This document shows, in pieces, positions 10,897 to 24,900 of a stretch of DNA of 61,148 nt. The position numbers and the translations under genes were made by a program. Within the stretch, counting starts at the first letter, position 1, and every line of letters begins with the position of its first letter. Source of the stretch: Chara braunii (taxonomy: Eukaryota > Plantae > Charophyceae); the NCBI GenBank assembly GCA_003427395.1, contig BFEA01000040.1, forward strand, positions 2,617,406-2,678,553. The letters are read 5' to 3'. The notes beneath the pieces were generated by a model. The model had not been told where the DNA came from, searched no databases, and saw nothing but the letters and a program-made list of their open reading frames with translations.

Positions 10897-12351
10897 TTTT
10901 TTTTAAAAAAAAAAAAAAAAAACAGGCCCAGTGCCCAAGGCTGATATTACCAATAAGAAGATTGAGGCCGGGGTCCTCACAGTCTACCCGGAGTGACCAT
11001 CAGGTAACCCGAATTATTTGGAGGAATATGAATCAGAGACCTGTCAGCATTGATTGCCCTGGAGTTCAGGGGATTGACTGCACATGTTATGGGATATACT
11101 TTGACTTATTGACTTTTGCCGATACCATTCCGGGGCCCTGCTCAAGCAGTCACAGAAGGGGGTTGGTAGGTGGCAGTTGGAATGATAAGGATGGGGCTCC
11201 CTCCTCCAGGGGGAGACCAGATGAACAACTCTAATTAGCACCTCCAGCTAAACGAAAGCTAACAAACCTTTGCTAACCATCCCAAAAACACAAACGTAAT
11301 GAACACCAACCCCAACGAGGGAATATCACAACCCTGATTACCGACGAAAAAAATCAACGAATTGCCAATCCACAAAATATGAACTATACACGAGAAATGA
11401 CCGTGATTGATACTATTCTGTACCAAAGACCTGAGAATCCTGAGCAACACCACGCCCGAAACAGGAGCATAAGCAACAGTGGACACCCCAGTAGCCGCTT
11501 GAAACCCGGTGTCAGCGACGGTGGGCGATACTGGTCGCGGCATGAAGTCCGTTGTCTCTCTCCCGGAAGTCGACGTTTGTCGACGTACTCTTGTCCTTCA
11601 TCTCCAGCTCTTCGCACAGATAAACTGCAACCGCTGTCGCAACACAATCGTGCTCCCTATCTGTACTCAGAGGGCAAACCCCTGATCAGGTACTAATACT
11701 GATATGTACGATGCGTGGATCCTGCCGATTGACCAGCCCCGCATCTCTTCCCTTCCTCCCACAGTCAATCAAGGATTACCAACTCTCGTCGGCCAAGATC
11801 AGGCTATGGCAGGTGCATGGTTGTGCCCCTTGAAGCCGTCTCCAACTCAGCGCCAAAGCGCTCCATCGCCTCTCCGCCTCCGCCGCTCCCGACATCAAGC
11901 TCTGACTAACCGCAGCTAATTCCCAGCTGCACCTGTGCGATCCCCCGCCGCCCGCGCATCGTAGTAATGACGCTGTAGCGCAGCGTTACCGCTGTGCTAG
12001 CGCGCCTGAAAACATTCTTTCTTTCATTAAAACAAAAATGGACAAAAAGAGCGAAAGAAAGAAAGATTATTCTCTATCCCTCTTGGTTTTATGAAATGAT
12101 GAGTGGTGTCTCACATCCCTTTCGTTTATGAGAGGCGGGCCTCCCCAAGACCGGTTACGACCAGTCGGCCGCCAAAGCCTATCTGACCCGAAAAAAAGAG
12201 AAAAGAAAAAGGAAAGAAAAAAAGAGGAAAGATTCTGAAAGAACGGACGGACGGAAGAAGAATGACATGGTATCGTCAACAGTGCTGTTATCGTATCCAA
12301 GACCTGACACTGTTGGTCACCAATGAACAGACACACACACACACACACACT

Positions 12352-12403
<52 letters not shown>

Positions 12404-12539
12404 NNNNNNNNNNNNNNNNNNNNNNNNNNNNNNNNNNNNNNNNNNNNNNNNNNNNNNNTTGTTGGTCATTTTTGAACACCACTTGCCTCACTTCTTGATT
12501 GATGCGTGTCATACCTGATTGTGCAGACCCTGAGGCCAT

Positions 12540-12680
12540 GCCAGGTTTCTCCGTATGGTTCCAATTTGGACGGTTGAGATGTCCCGAAGAACCTGACAGC
12601 ACACCCCCACACAACTTGCATCTGATTTCGAGGTCGATTCTGTGGGCTACCTTCTTCACCCAAATAGAATTTTGCCGAGG
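12540..12680 (-). pseudogene. Possible BED zinc-finger remnant of a hAT transposase
   Basis: IWVKKVA..IRCKLCGGVLSGSSGHL resembles the W..CxxC..H BED pattern; no catalytic domain seen. Confidence 0.3.
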
Positions 12681-12968
12681 CCAGTTATCCCTGCATCGAG
12701 ACTGAACGCTGCCCCAAATATACCTATAATGACCGGGTGTTGTATTTGGGTTCTGGGGTGAAGATGCCACATGACGCCAACACGATGGAGGGCATAGTAC
12801 TCACACTACAGTCATTCCTGAGCGCAAGGCACGCTTATGATGAATGTATACAAGTTATCTTTCCAGGTGGAAACAGTCATAATTGAAGTAGTTAAGAAAA
12901 AGGAAAAGAAGAAAAAAAAAAAGTCATAATGAGGAGGTATGGTGTTGGAGGGAAGAAGGTAGACTAAC

Positions 12969-13631
12969 GGTTGGACCCCACAGGGGAAAAACTCGGAAAA
13001 CCACCCCGGGGGATGTTCTCTTGGACCCCACAGACAGTGGAAGAATGCCTGGAAGTGTTTTTTCTTCCGGGATCCCAGACCCCACCAGGCGGAAAAAAGT
13101 CGCGTGGAAAAGCGACGAAGGACTTTCCACATCCAATTCCGGCTGGAAAAGTGCCCACATTCCGCAAATCCGCTGGAAATTTGTGGCAAACGCAGGGGCT
13201 AGGGGGGGGGCCATCCCCGTGTGTTTTCCAAAGTAGGAAGACTGCGCAGGTCCACATGATGTCCGCTTGGCGCGCCCCATTGGAGGCTCCGGCTGGACGA
13301 CCACCCGCAGGTCCACACCTGCCCCGCTCAAAGTCGGACGACGGAAAAAACGGCAGAAGTGTTCCAATCCTGGAAAAAAACACCGCCAGATTGCTGGAAA
13401 AGTGGCTGTGCGGTGGGGTCCTGTTTGTTTTCTGGAAAAAGGCCTCCACGCTCTCCGCCTCGGATTTCCAGGGACGTGCGTTTTTCCAGCCTTTTCCCTG
13501 TGGGGTCCACCCCTGAGGCCACTCTGTCAGGGAAAAAGTAGTGGAAAGAATACCCTGGAAGGAGCCCTCCTGAGATTGCTAGTGGTGTCTGCTCTTATCA
13601 GCACCCCTAGCATTATCTCGGGTTGCTTGTG

Positions 13632-13663
<32 letters not shown>

Positions 13664-14161
13664 TTTCCTGGACTCCATTGGACAAAGAAGGGCCTCCGGC
13701 CGCTTTAAGCCAATTTTTTGAGGACGGGCTGGTTTTCCGAGGCCCCACTGCCTGGAAACGCTTGCCGAGAACCGACATTTTGACTTTTCACATGCATTGG
13801 GTTTCCAGTTGCAAAAGTGGCACGGGAGGACTTTCCGCTTAAATTTTGTGCCGTTTCCAGAGAGGAGGAGGAGGGGGGAGAAGGGCATGCCCTTCCTTGG
13901 AAACTCGTTGCCAATGCCACTGGTCCGTCCATGGTCCGGGCCAAGACGTCCGATGGCTCATTGGCGAAGGGGGCGGACATGCGAGAGAGGTCGCTGCCCT
14001 TGAAACCGACATCCACGGGCTCTCCTGGTCCCTCACAACTTTTCAGGCCTTTTCCAGCCTCGGCTGCGGGGTCCCGACTTTTTCAAAAAAACACTCTTCC
14101 AGAGGTCCTCGGCATTCCGAAAATGAACACTTTTCCAATCCTTGTCCTGTGGGGTCCACTG
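12969..14161. mobile_element. Non-autonomous TIR element(s) with tggaccccacag / ctgtggggtcca termini
   Basis: tggaccccacag at 12972 and 13022, inverted copies at about 13498 and 14147, many internal (t)ggaaaa/ttttcc motifs. Interrupted at 13561-13660 by a poly(A)-tailed LINE tail. Confidence 0.6.
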
Positions 14162-14168
14162 TCCAGGC

Positions 14169-14524
14169 CTTTTTTTTTTTTCTTTCTTTCTTTTTTTTCT
14201 TTTTTTTTTCTTGTTTTTTCTTTCTTTTTTTTTTTTCTTTCTTTTTTCCTTTCTTTCTTTTTTCTTTCTTGTTTTTTCTTTCTTTTTTTTTTTCTTTCTT
14301 TTTTTTTTCTTTTTCTTTTTTTTAATTACCAGTGACGACTACAAGAGGGGCCCCGGGTGATAAGAGCAGCTGCCTCTAGTAGCTAGCTGTCCCTGGCTTA
14401 CCAGTGACCACTAATAGAGGGGCCCCGGGTGATAAGAGCAGCTCCCTCTAGTAGCTGTCCCTGGCTGCTCTTTCTATTTTGGTGGGGAGCTGCACCTGCT
14501 GGAAACCGGGTCCAGCGTCCCATT
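14169..14524 (-). mobile_element. Structured LINE 3' module copy with internal 71-bp duplication and long degenerate A tail
   Basis: ggtggggagctgcacctgctggaaaccgggtccagcgtccc at 14481-14521; T-rich run at 14169-14323. Confidence 0.7.
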
Positions 14525-14669
14525 GACACAACAGGATCAGCCACAACATTTGCACGAGAGCATTCCGCCAGCATTGATTACTCCAGTGGGGCCCAGGCCG
14601 AAGTGCCTTGTTGAATGAATTTGGCACTACGGATGCGCCAGATACATGAACTGAATAATACTGAATAAT

Positions 14670-14949
14670 AATGCATTAAAGGCAAGGTTACACTGGCACT
14701 CTCCGGGGTGTATTTGACCAAAGTTAGGACCACATTCAGTTCAGAAAGCCCTGGTCTGAGTAACTATGGTAGGCCCAGATACATTCCCTGAAATCGTACT
14801 GTGAATATGCATTGAAGGCAGAGTTACACTGCCACTTTCTTCCTGGATCTATTTGACTAAAGTTAGGACCACATTCAGTCCAGCCTGGATTTATTTGACT
14901 AAAGTTAGGACCACATTCGGTCCAGAAGCCCTGAACCAGGTCTGAGTAT
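14670..14949 (+). repeat. Degenerate direct repeats (about 135-bp period with internal 42-bp duplication)
   Basis: tatttgac.aaagttaggaccacattc.gt occurs three times; atgcatt.aaggca..gttacactg twice. Confidence 0.8.
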
Positions 14950-16391
14950 GCACCCGTCTGCGAGTCCCTTCTGCAGACATCTGACAATTTATTCATCATG
15001 AGTGAACTCAAGGGGGCACAAGCAGGCCCGTACATCCGAAAACTTGCTGCCGATATAACACAGGCACTTTTTTCTTTTTCTTTTCTAGTCCATCTTGCTT
15101 GCTGACTGCTGGTTTAAAAACGTACTCAGAGTAGGACTTCTTCGACAGTGCAGAATCATGCACTCTAGGACTCAATGTGAGTATGCACTGGCAGAGGTAT
15201 CTTTGTCTTGTCTTTTCCACACACACAGACACACACACTCAATTTGTACTACTAACAAATACATACGAATAAGCATCATTAAGAGAATAGACGATACGAA
15301 GATCAGAAATGAAATGAATGGAAGGCGTAGTATGAAGATGAAGGACGGACACAAAGACTGTATAAGCTGAAGATCTGAAGTGAAATGAACAGGAGTATGA
15401 AGCTCTGAAGTGATGCACAGGAGCATACCTTACCTTTTACTCTGCCTCCTGAAATAACGTGCAAGTGGGCCATGAAGGCACACGGGGATGTGGGCAGCTG
15501 CCGCTCAACCACAATCAACGCGGGCAGCCTTGTGGCACTGCGTAAGAGGCACAGGAAAAGGGGAGCTGCAAGAACAATGAAAGAGGTACCCCAAGGACAA
15601 CCAAAAAACTGTCTAATTATAAAATTGCTTTAATATGCCGGACATCTCAAATGTTCTCCTTGTCTGCAATAGGACAAAGACGGCTTTGATTCTGAATCTA
15701 TTCACCTGGGTGGAATTGGGGCTGTNNNNNNNNNNNNNNNNNNNNNNNNNNNNNNNNNNNNNNNNNNNNNNNNNNNNNNNNNNNNNNNNNNNNNNNNNNN
15801 NNNNNNNNNNNNNNNNNNNNNNNNNNNNNNNNNNNNNNNNNNNNNNNNNNNNNNNNNNNNNNNNNNNNNNNNNNNNNNNNNNNNNNNNNNNNNNNNNNNN
15901 NNNNNNNNNNNNNNNNNNNNNNNNNNNNNNNNNNNNNNNNNNNNNNNNNNNNNNNNNNNNNNNNNNNNNNNNNNNNNNNNNNNNNNNNNNNNNNNNNNNN
16001 NNNNNNNNNNNNNNNNNNNNNNNNNNNNNNNNNNNNNNNNNNNNNNNNNNNNNNNNNNNNNNNNNNNNNNNNNNNNNNNNNNNNNNNNNNNNNNNNNNNN
16101 NNNNNNNNNNNNNNNNNNNNNNNNNNNNNNNNNNNNNNNNNNNNNNNNNNNNNNNNNNNNNNNNNNNNNNNNNNNNNNNNNNNNNNNNNNNNNNNNNNNN
16201 NNNNNNNNNNNNNNNNNNNNNNNNNNNNNNNNNNNNNNNNNNNNNNNNNNNNNNNNNNNNNNNNNNNNNNNNNNNNNNNNNNNNNNNNNNNNNNNNNNNN
16301 NNNNNNNNNNNNNNNNNNNNNNNNNNNNNNNNNNNNNNNNNNNNNNNNNNNNNNNNNNNNNNNNNNNNNNNNNNNNNNNNNNNNNNNNNNA

Positions 16392-16487
16392 CAAAAGGTC
16401 ACACAATTTGCTGCCAGAATCAAACGTTGTAAGCCTCCTGAAGTTTATAAAGGGAAGGGTCTTCGATATCGAAATGAAATTATACTC
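16392..16487 (+). pseudogene. rpl6: Mitochondrial-type rpl6 C-terminal fragment (probable NUMT)
   Basis: Translates QKVTQFAARIKRCKPPEVYKGKGLRYRNEIIL, the uL6 signature KPPEVYKGKG in plant mitochondrial form. It stops before the terminal K-rich end, and the 5' part is hidden in the N gap. Not in the ORF track. Confidence 0.85.
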
Positions 16488-16591
16488 ACACACCCCCCAG
16501 TCTTAATCGAATCATACAACATACGTATCGGCTGCGAAATCACTCTAGATGCACACATTCTTCTGTCTGCAACATGCAGACACAAGCATGT

Positions 16592-16675
16592 GGGTTGTTA
16601 GCGCAGTCGGTAGCGCGTCAGTCTCATATATAGAAAGAAATCTGAAGGTCGTGAGTTCGAACCTCACACGCCCCA
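16592..16675 (+). tRNA. trnM-CAT: tRNA-Met(CAT) with 11-nt intron, acceptor-stem variant
   Basis: Same body as 7325-7408, intron tatagaaagaa. Acceptor GGGTTGT/ACGCCCC has a T4:C69 mismatch and a T5:G68 wobble. Confidence 0.85.
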
Positions 16676-17044
16676 TTCGTGCCAATTTAATGGCACGGCA
16701 AAAGTATACTCTGAGAAACCAGTCTGTCCATACACTGACGAACAAACATACATGAACTCCATAACCATATGGGGTGGGGTGTAAGGCTGTAAGCCCAGTG
16801 CCAATTTTGCTTTTTTTCTTTTGCCCTGTGACTGTCTTTTTTTTTTTTTTTTTTTTTTTGAGATACACCAGGCTGAGCTTCTTTCTTACCCCACCCCATA
16901 GCTTTCTTTGTTCCCAGCAGCTAGCTGTCGGTTGCCAGAGCAAATTTTGTTATGAAGTGCAAGCTATGGCGCATTCGCTTTCTTCCCCGCGGTCCGCGGA
17001 TCAGCCATACATTGGTTCTTCCCAGCAGATAGGTGTCGGCCGGT

Positions 17045-17086
<42 letters not shown>

Positions 17087-20000
17087 GGAAGAATTTAAGA
17101 TTTTATATTATCAATGGAAGAGGCCGGGAATCCTCACAAACAACCCACCCGGAGAGATCCTGGGGCCATTACCCAGGTCAGGCTATGCTGGAAACCGGTT
17201 GCAGCATCCCTTTTTTTTTTTTCTTTTTTTTTTTTTCATCCCTTCTGCTTCCATTACAGTAATCCTTCCAAAATGAAACCTTGAAAACTCTGTTAAAAAG
17301 TGGGACTGCCCTGAGACAACCCAGGGTCAGACACCTGCTAGTGCTAGCCTTACGTTCACCTCGAAGATCATGTATGTAAGGTTGACTCTCTCCATTATAA
17401 TGACTCCCACTTTTTAACCCAATAGAGAGTTTTCTTTCTTTTTTTTGGGGGGGGGTTGGAACATCAACTTGAAGGAGTGATCCCTCTATACCCATGGTGG
17501 TGAGTGAACCACCAGGATTGAGGAGTCAAGTGTGGGATGGCTCCACTCTCATTGGTGGGAACCAGCGCCTGCCGGAAAACGGGTCTGACATCCGATCCAG
17601 CCGATCCAACCATTAGATGCTGGAAACCGGGATGGGGAAACCTTTTCTTTTTTTTTCGGCGGGGCGGGAAACTTTCTTATGTGAGTTACAGCAGCTGCTT
17701 TCTGGGTTGCGGATAGCTATAGACTGCTGGAAAAAAAAAAAAAAAAAAAAAAAACGCTGGGAACAGTTCTCATAGACCCCAGGAACCATTAAAATGGGGC
17801 ACCTACTGCTCTTTGTTGACGAGGTCCCCAGCTCCTTCGGAGGCTTCAGTTTGTCGAAGAGTGGATTTGCCCAGCGGGCGGTACAGACAGCCAATGAGGA
17901 AGCAAATCGAAAAGGCCGTACTCCGTGTCCAGGTAGGAGCTCAAAACGGGCTCGTGTGAACTAGTGGTTTAAACCACCAGTACCTTTGGCAAACGTTGTC
18001 CCGACTGAGTCTCTGGAAATGCCCTGCGCGTCAAGGAAAAACGAACCGCTGCGGGCCTTCATTTGACTGGTGCCGCCAGCCATTTTGCTCCGGTAGCCCA
18101 GGGCCCAAAATTCGCGTCACCTCTTGGAGAAAAATGGCTGGTCGGAGAAAAATGGCCGCGTTGGAGAAAAATGGCTGGGTGAGGTATGGGTGGTTTAAAC
18201 CAGGGTTGTCGAGCCCTGGTCCCGGACCCCGGCGGGGGTCTGGGGCTCCAGGGGTGGGCACCCCTGGCCCCGGCTCCGGAACACCCCCCCCCAAAAAAAA
18301 ATATAGTACGGGCTGTGAAGCGAGAGCTGGCAACCCTGTGACGCCCAACCTCACGCCCAGCGCGACTTCCTGATCGGAGTGGGCTGTGGGCCTGGAAGTG
18401 CGAAAAGGGGTGTGCCAAGGATTTTTGGGAAAATGGGGGGTGGAGTCCCAAGTCAGAACTGAGATCTCCTGTGGCGGGGGTTCAGGGGCATAGGTGCAAT
18501 AAGGCTAAGGGACGAGTTACTTTCGGTCTGATGGCGGTCGATGTCGTGCGGCATAAGGCAGATGGCGTACGCGGTGCATCCTGGGTCGTCCGATCCGCTT
18601 GTTTTCGTAGCAGCGGTTCGGGAGAGGTCCGTCCGTAAGGGTGGCGATTTCTATGAGTCGGACCTCCGGGTGGGGACACGTGGCGAGTGTCGTCGCGTGT
18701 TATGGTTAGGCTCCGTATTTCCATAGGCTCGGCGGTTGCCGCGTCGTCTGCAATTTCTGCACGGCGTGTGGGGCCAATACGGGGCTATGGAGTTCCACGG
18801 GACCATCGTGAGTTGATGGTATGGGAGGAGGATGTGGAAGGGAGGGAAATTGGTGGCGATAACGACGAAACCGGGGGATATGAAATATTGCGTGTTATAC
18901 GTAGTTCGGTAGTCGGGACACCTCGGGTCGCTGGTTACGGCACGGTGAAAATCCCTGGCGCACAGTCGGTTCTCGGTTAGACAGGGGAATTCCGGATATC
19001 TCAGCCTAAGATGTTCTTCCTCCCAGTGCTCTAAGTACTCCCGATCCGCGATGTACGACATCTTGTCATTCCGGCGCACGTATCTGATCGTGCTTCGATT
19101 GACAAGGAAATTTTTGGGTATGGTGGCGGAAATTCCTATCGGCCCAAATCCTCATAAAAAGGAAATTTCACACCTATTCCGATACTGGAGGCACCAAGTT
19201 TGTTAGTGATCGCGAATCATCAGCGTGGGGACACGTGTAGGCCGCGCTGATCAGATCGCGCTTACGCACACGAGGTGTTTGGTTGTACCCAAGCCTGGGG
19301 GCTGATTCTTGTGCAAAAGTGAGAGTTCAATCCTACATGCAAATCTCCACGTGGCATACATAATCACCCAACCATCATTCTGTAATCCCGCAAACCATCA
19401 TTTTTTATCATGCAACATGACATCGCACACATCAGACATAGCAACATTATTAAACTCTTATCGTGACATCAACAGATCAAAATGACAAGCAACGATGACG
19501 ACTAGGCAAAGACAACAAGCATATCCTTCCATCAGAACTCGGTTATCCAACACACACACAAAAGAGAAAGGATCGAGACTAAGTAGGACATCATACAAGG
19601 GACAATATCGAGACAAAGATGCCGAAAGAAAATAACTTAAAGGGCGAATTGCCCGAGCTGCAATCAAAACTTATATACAAAAGCAAGGGAAAAGACAAAG
19701 AAACTTGCAACTCCACGCTCATCCATCTCAACTCTCCCTCTCTCCGTCTCTCCGATGTGGACAGTTCGTCGTCTCGTGCCAACCCACAAAGTTGTCACCC
19801 CGCTTAGTCCTCCTGTCCCCGTCGGATTCGTCCGCGCGCTACAGTCCGTCGTCGCCCCACCCATCAATCCCGCACATTCGGCACCAGCTCGTCGGGTCGC
19901 CCAACTCCCACTTCAACTCACCTCTTACTTCGCTCGTGAGCCAACCCTCACTAATCGCGCTACCCCGAGCTTCCAGCACCTGTTTAAGAGAGCTATCTAA

Positions 20001-20354
20001 TCGCGCAACCGAAATTTATAGCGTGCATGCATGCGCGAAGAACACGGAATTGCAAGGACTTAATAGGAGGAGGGAAGGGAAGGGATCGCCTACGTTCTAC
20101 ATGACCAGACCGTGGCGTGGGGGACGTAGCCACTCATCGATCCGATCATGCAACCCGCGGGCTTACCAGACACAGCAAAAAGGAAAAGAGAGGGCGGGAA
20201 AGACGAAACTCAAGAAGAAAGATACAGTTACAATGGCGTCTGCCCAAAAATTACAGTTACACACAAGATTAAGGGCGCTGACTAATTAGAGCTCCGTTGC
20301 AGCCGCAAAAAGAAGCGCGCAAGTAAAAACAACGCGCGGCAAAAAAAATCCCGA

Positions 20355-20418
20355 ATTCCTAAATTCCTAAATTTCTAAATTTCTAAATTTCTAAATTTTT
20401 AAATTCCTAAATTCCTAA
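20355..20418 (+). repeat. 9-bp tandem repeat (aaatt(c/t)cta)n
   Basis: About 7 units visible. Confidence 0.9.
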
Positions 20419-21367
20419 CTAATGCAAAAAGAACTTCAATAAAACACAAATTCCAAAAAGAAAGTCCGACATTCCGAGAGTCGTCAAGGCTCGACAAGAT
20501 TCGAAAAGGAACATAAAAAGGAAATTAAAAAAGAACGAAGCAAAATTCTCGCGCGATCTCCGCGCTGAAAACCCGACAGCAAAACCAAAGGAGAAGAAGC
20601 AACGTCAACCATTATCAATCGCGCGCGCGGTGGCGCGCCAACCACTCAATCGACCATCCCGGGACTCACCCAGTTCTGAACCCAGCCATCCGAAAAGAAA
20701 CGAGAACACCGATGCAATTTTCCTGTTGATCCCGATCTCCTGTAATTGGCCCAACCTTCACATCTTAGGACCCCTTATTGTCATCGCGCAGAAAATCACG
20801 AAGAACAGAAAGTGGTTCGTCACAACCCTGTGGACTAACCTAAGAAAATGGGGTTTTGTCCATGGGGTGAGGGGGCAGGGGTGAGGGGGTGGGGACGGGC
20901 TTGTGGGAGGCGGGGGTTTGGGGGCGGAAAAACAACAAGTCTTAGGAGTGGAAGGACCTATGCAACCATGGATACCATCCATTACCAGCCAATCAAAAAG
21001 AAGGTATCCCGGAGCCCGTTAGAGATCGAAAAGAAATGAATAGCAGGACTCAGGGCTTCCAAAGCCCGTTTAACAAGTAATGAATAGCAGGCGGGGGTCT
21101 GATCGTCACATCCAAACGGCGCTTGTGTGAACACACAAGACACCCCTTTTCTTATCCCGTTTCGTTTCCTTCCGCAGGAGGAGGCGGGGCGCTGAGCTCC
21201 CCTCAACCATCGCCGGGGATACTTGGGAGGGAGGCAAGTGGAACCGGATTTGGTGGGTCGCTAGCAACGCCGGGAAGATCGAGAACCAGGGGAGCAGGGA
21301 AACAAAGACGGTTAAGCATGACCTCTCAACCGGAGATTACAGCGGAACCCTCGGGAGCGTCAGGGCG

Positions 21368-21988
21368 GTGGGGACGGTTACCCCAGGGAAGAAGACAACG
21401 AGGGATAGGAGATTGGCAGCGGCATCAAGTCAGAGATCCAAGATGACACAAGTAGTCATCCCTTTGGTATGCACGGCGGCGCGAGGCGCGCTATGGGTAA
21501 TCACTTGGCAAAAAGGGCCTGGACTGCAATCGATATTCAGACAAGTAGTCTTGTAGTTGTCGACGGTCCCGGAGATTGAAGATTGTCTGCGAACGCTGTA
21601 CTTGGACGCCTTCCCAACAAGACTCATCCCGGATCTGGTGATGCCAAGGATCCTTTTCGGCCCCTCTGGGAACAAGGTGAAGTTGTATGTACCTATCGTG
21701 GACGCCAGGATACCGGAGAACAAGCTGGCGGAACTGGAAAGTCTGGGCTTGAGTCTAACTCCACTAGCTGTCTTCGTAGAGGCAAGGAAACCGGATCTGT
21801 CTCGGCTTATGATCTCCCCGCTCATGGTGCCGGCGGATGCCATCTCGGAGTTGAAGATCCGTCTTCCGAAGGAGAAAAAGTTGGATTCGAACTTCGTGAG
21901 GCTGACTCTCACTCAAAGTTGGTCAACAGAAGGTTCGGCCTCAATCCAAGCGCAACCACATCAGGGGGCAGCTCTGTATAATGGTTAA
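21368..21988 (+). pseudogene. LINE #1 ORF1 C-terminal remnant
   Basis: ORFs 21368-21556 and 21557-21988 are one frame split by a single TAG, and the frame overlaps the ORF2 ATG by 8 nt. Confidence 0.55.
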
Positions 21989-24900
21989 AGTCCGGGTAGC
22001 CACGTGGAACCTGCAAGGGTTCGGGGATACGACAAGAAGATATAAGGAAGCAAGGGTGAAAGCCTGGCTCCATGAGAACAAAATATCTGTCGCCTGCTTT
22101 CAGGAAACAAAATTGGACAGTGGGAAGATTGCAGAGTTGGGACGATGGTGGGACGGCCCGCAGTTGTGGGCGGCAGCAAACGGTACGAAAGGTGGGGTGG
22201 GAATTCTCGTTCACGGAGACCTGGGGGCGGGTATTATTGATTACTACGCGGACCTGTGGGGTAGGTGGGCGTGGGTGGTTCTGCGACAGGGTAACTGTAC
22301 CTGGGCAGTGGCCTCTGTGTATGCCCCAGTTAAGAGAGCGGAGTGGACAGCCTTCTGCGAAGAGTTGAGGATAGTCTTACCGGATGTAGACGATGTGGTA
22401 ATAGGAGGAGATTGGAATACTAGCCTGGACACACGGCTGGATCAAGGACTTAAGGGATGCCCAAAGGATACCCTGGCGTTAGTAGATGTGTTGATAGACT
22501 TGAATCTCAAAGACTCGTTTAGGGACCTTCACCCGGTGGACCCAGGTTAGACCTGGTTCTCACATCGGAGGAGAGGGAGGAGGTTAGATTTTTTACTGAC
22601 CAGGGGAAAGGTGAGAGAAGGGCTAGTGAGCATTCATACAACAAACAATCCAGTCTCAGATCATAAGCCGGTGATAGGAACCTTCAACTTGGGAACTGAC
22701 TTGTCTCGAGGCCGGGGTTATTTTAATTTGAACACGGTGAACTTGAGAAATGATGACCTGACCCAGTGGACAGAAGAGTACTAGGAACGATGGGGAAGGC
22801 AGAAACAGCGGTTCGCTACTCTGGCGGACTGGTGGGACACGGGGATAGGAATGCTCTTTAAACTTATGGATGTGTTTTCGCATATCGTGGCTCTAAATAG
22901 GAACAAGGAGAAGAGGCGGTGCCAGAGGAGGGTGCAGGAAGCAGAAGATAGAATGAAGAACCATCCTATCTCGGAGCTTACGTGGGGGAAGGAAAGAGTG
23001 CCAAGGCTGATGGAATGGGAGGTGAAATAGCAGGAAAGTTCAGACCCATGGGCGGAGAGGGCGGAGAGGGCGAAGATTAAAGGGCTGCAAGTGTATGACA
23101 GGATGTCGAAGGAAGCGTTCCAAAAAATGGTGCCTGCCAGGTCTGGCCTAGTCATGAAGGAACTTAAACATCCGTTCGACCCAGAGGAGCCAGTGGCGAG
23201 CACTCCCACATAAATCTGCAAACACGCGGTGCTGTACTTCCGAGATATCCTTACATCAAGGAACCCCGAACAGGGAGCAGACACCAATCTTGCGGTAAAC
23301 ACAGATCTTTGGGTGAATACGACAGCAAGATTGTGAACGCAGGGACGTCTCGATTTGGACAGGCCGATCACCAAGGAGGAAGCAGGAGAACCATTGAAGG
23401 TGATGGCGAATGGGAAAGACCCTTGGATTCGACGGATCACCGGTGGAGTTTTACCGAAAGCATTGGGAGGTGATGGGTGATGATATAGTGGAAATCTATA
23501 ATGAAGTACAGTTGGGAGGTAACCTGCCGGCCAGCGCGTGCAAAGGTATTATTTCTATCCTGTTCAAGAAAGGAGACACCAACGAAATTAGGAATTGGAG
23601 GCCGATATCGTTGTTGAATGTCTCCTACAAGATTATGGCAAAAACGTTGACCCGCAGGTTGGGGAAGTATCTTCTGCAGTTGGTAGAGGACGATCAAGCG
23701 GCGTTTGTAAAGGGTAGGTCTATTTATGAGAATATTGTTACCGCTATTGAAGTCCTGGAGGTGGTGAACCAAGAAGAGTTGGAGGTAGCTGTCCTACCAC
23801 TTGACATGGAGAAGGTGTACGACAGGGTGAACTGGTCGTATGTATTGACGTCGCTCAGAACGATGGGCTTTGGAGATGTGTTTTGTAACTGGGTGATTGC
23901 GTTGTACTCCCTTTCCACTGCAGCAGTTATGGTAAACAGACACATCTCTGCTTCCTTTCGGCTGTCACGCTCACTTCGTCAAAGATGTCCATTGGCCCCC
24001 CTCTTGTTTGTGGTTCACCTGGAGGTCCCCCTGAATAATATCAGGGCGAATGCACAGATTGTCGGACTGGATCTTGGACGCAGGGCTTGTAAAGTGAAAG
24101 CCTTAGCGGATGACCTGTTTGCAGTTTCTGCAAACACTAAGGAGTCTATGTCGGCATTACGGTACTGCCTTCGACAGTACTAGTAACTGTCGGAAGCAGC
24201 TATCAACTGGTCCAAGTCAGTATACCTCCTGCCGCCGCAGCTTGCCCCAGAGGTGGACTGGGGAATGAAGAAAGTCCGACAGGACGAATCAAAAAGATTT
24301 CTCGGGGTTCAGGTGGCACTCACGTCATGCGCTATGCGACAGGAGGAAATCTTGCAAACAAGAGTGATGCAAAGGATGACAATTTGGGGAAAGGCTCCAC
24401 ATTTGTCGCTCTTCGGCGGAGCCCTTGTAGTGAACGTAGCATTATTTGCACTTCTCACGTACGTAGGGAATGTCAGACCAATCGGCAGAAAGACTCGGGC
24501 GGTAGTTACAAGAAAGGCAGCTAGATTCATCTGGAGACCGTACGCGGAAGAGGGGGAAGGGGTTATGTCGAAAGTGGCCTGGGATCTGATCTGTGCACCC
24601 AGGCATGAAGGAGGCCTAGGTATGGTGGACCCGGGAAGGAGAAACTGTGCTATGCTAGCCAGGTGGGTAGTCCGAGCCATCATAACAGAGAGGCACAAGC
24701 ACTGGGTAGAGTTGGGGGAGAGGATTCTGTGTAGGGAATGGTCACTGCAAAGGGAGTCGGATGTATGGGCATGTGTATGGATCGGCTCGTTCCTTAGAAG
24801 GAGACTAAAGTCTGAGTTTTGGTAAGCGGTGCTGAAGGCGTGGGCAAGGGTCAAACCGGAGATGTTGTGTGAACCACAGACCAAGGCAGAGGTTCTCTCA

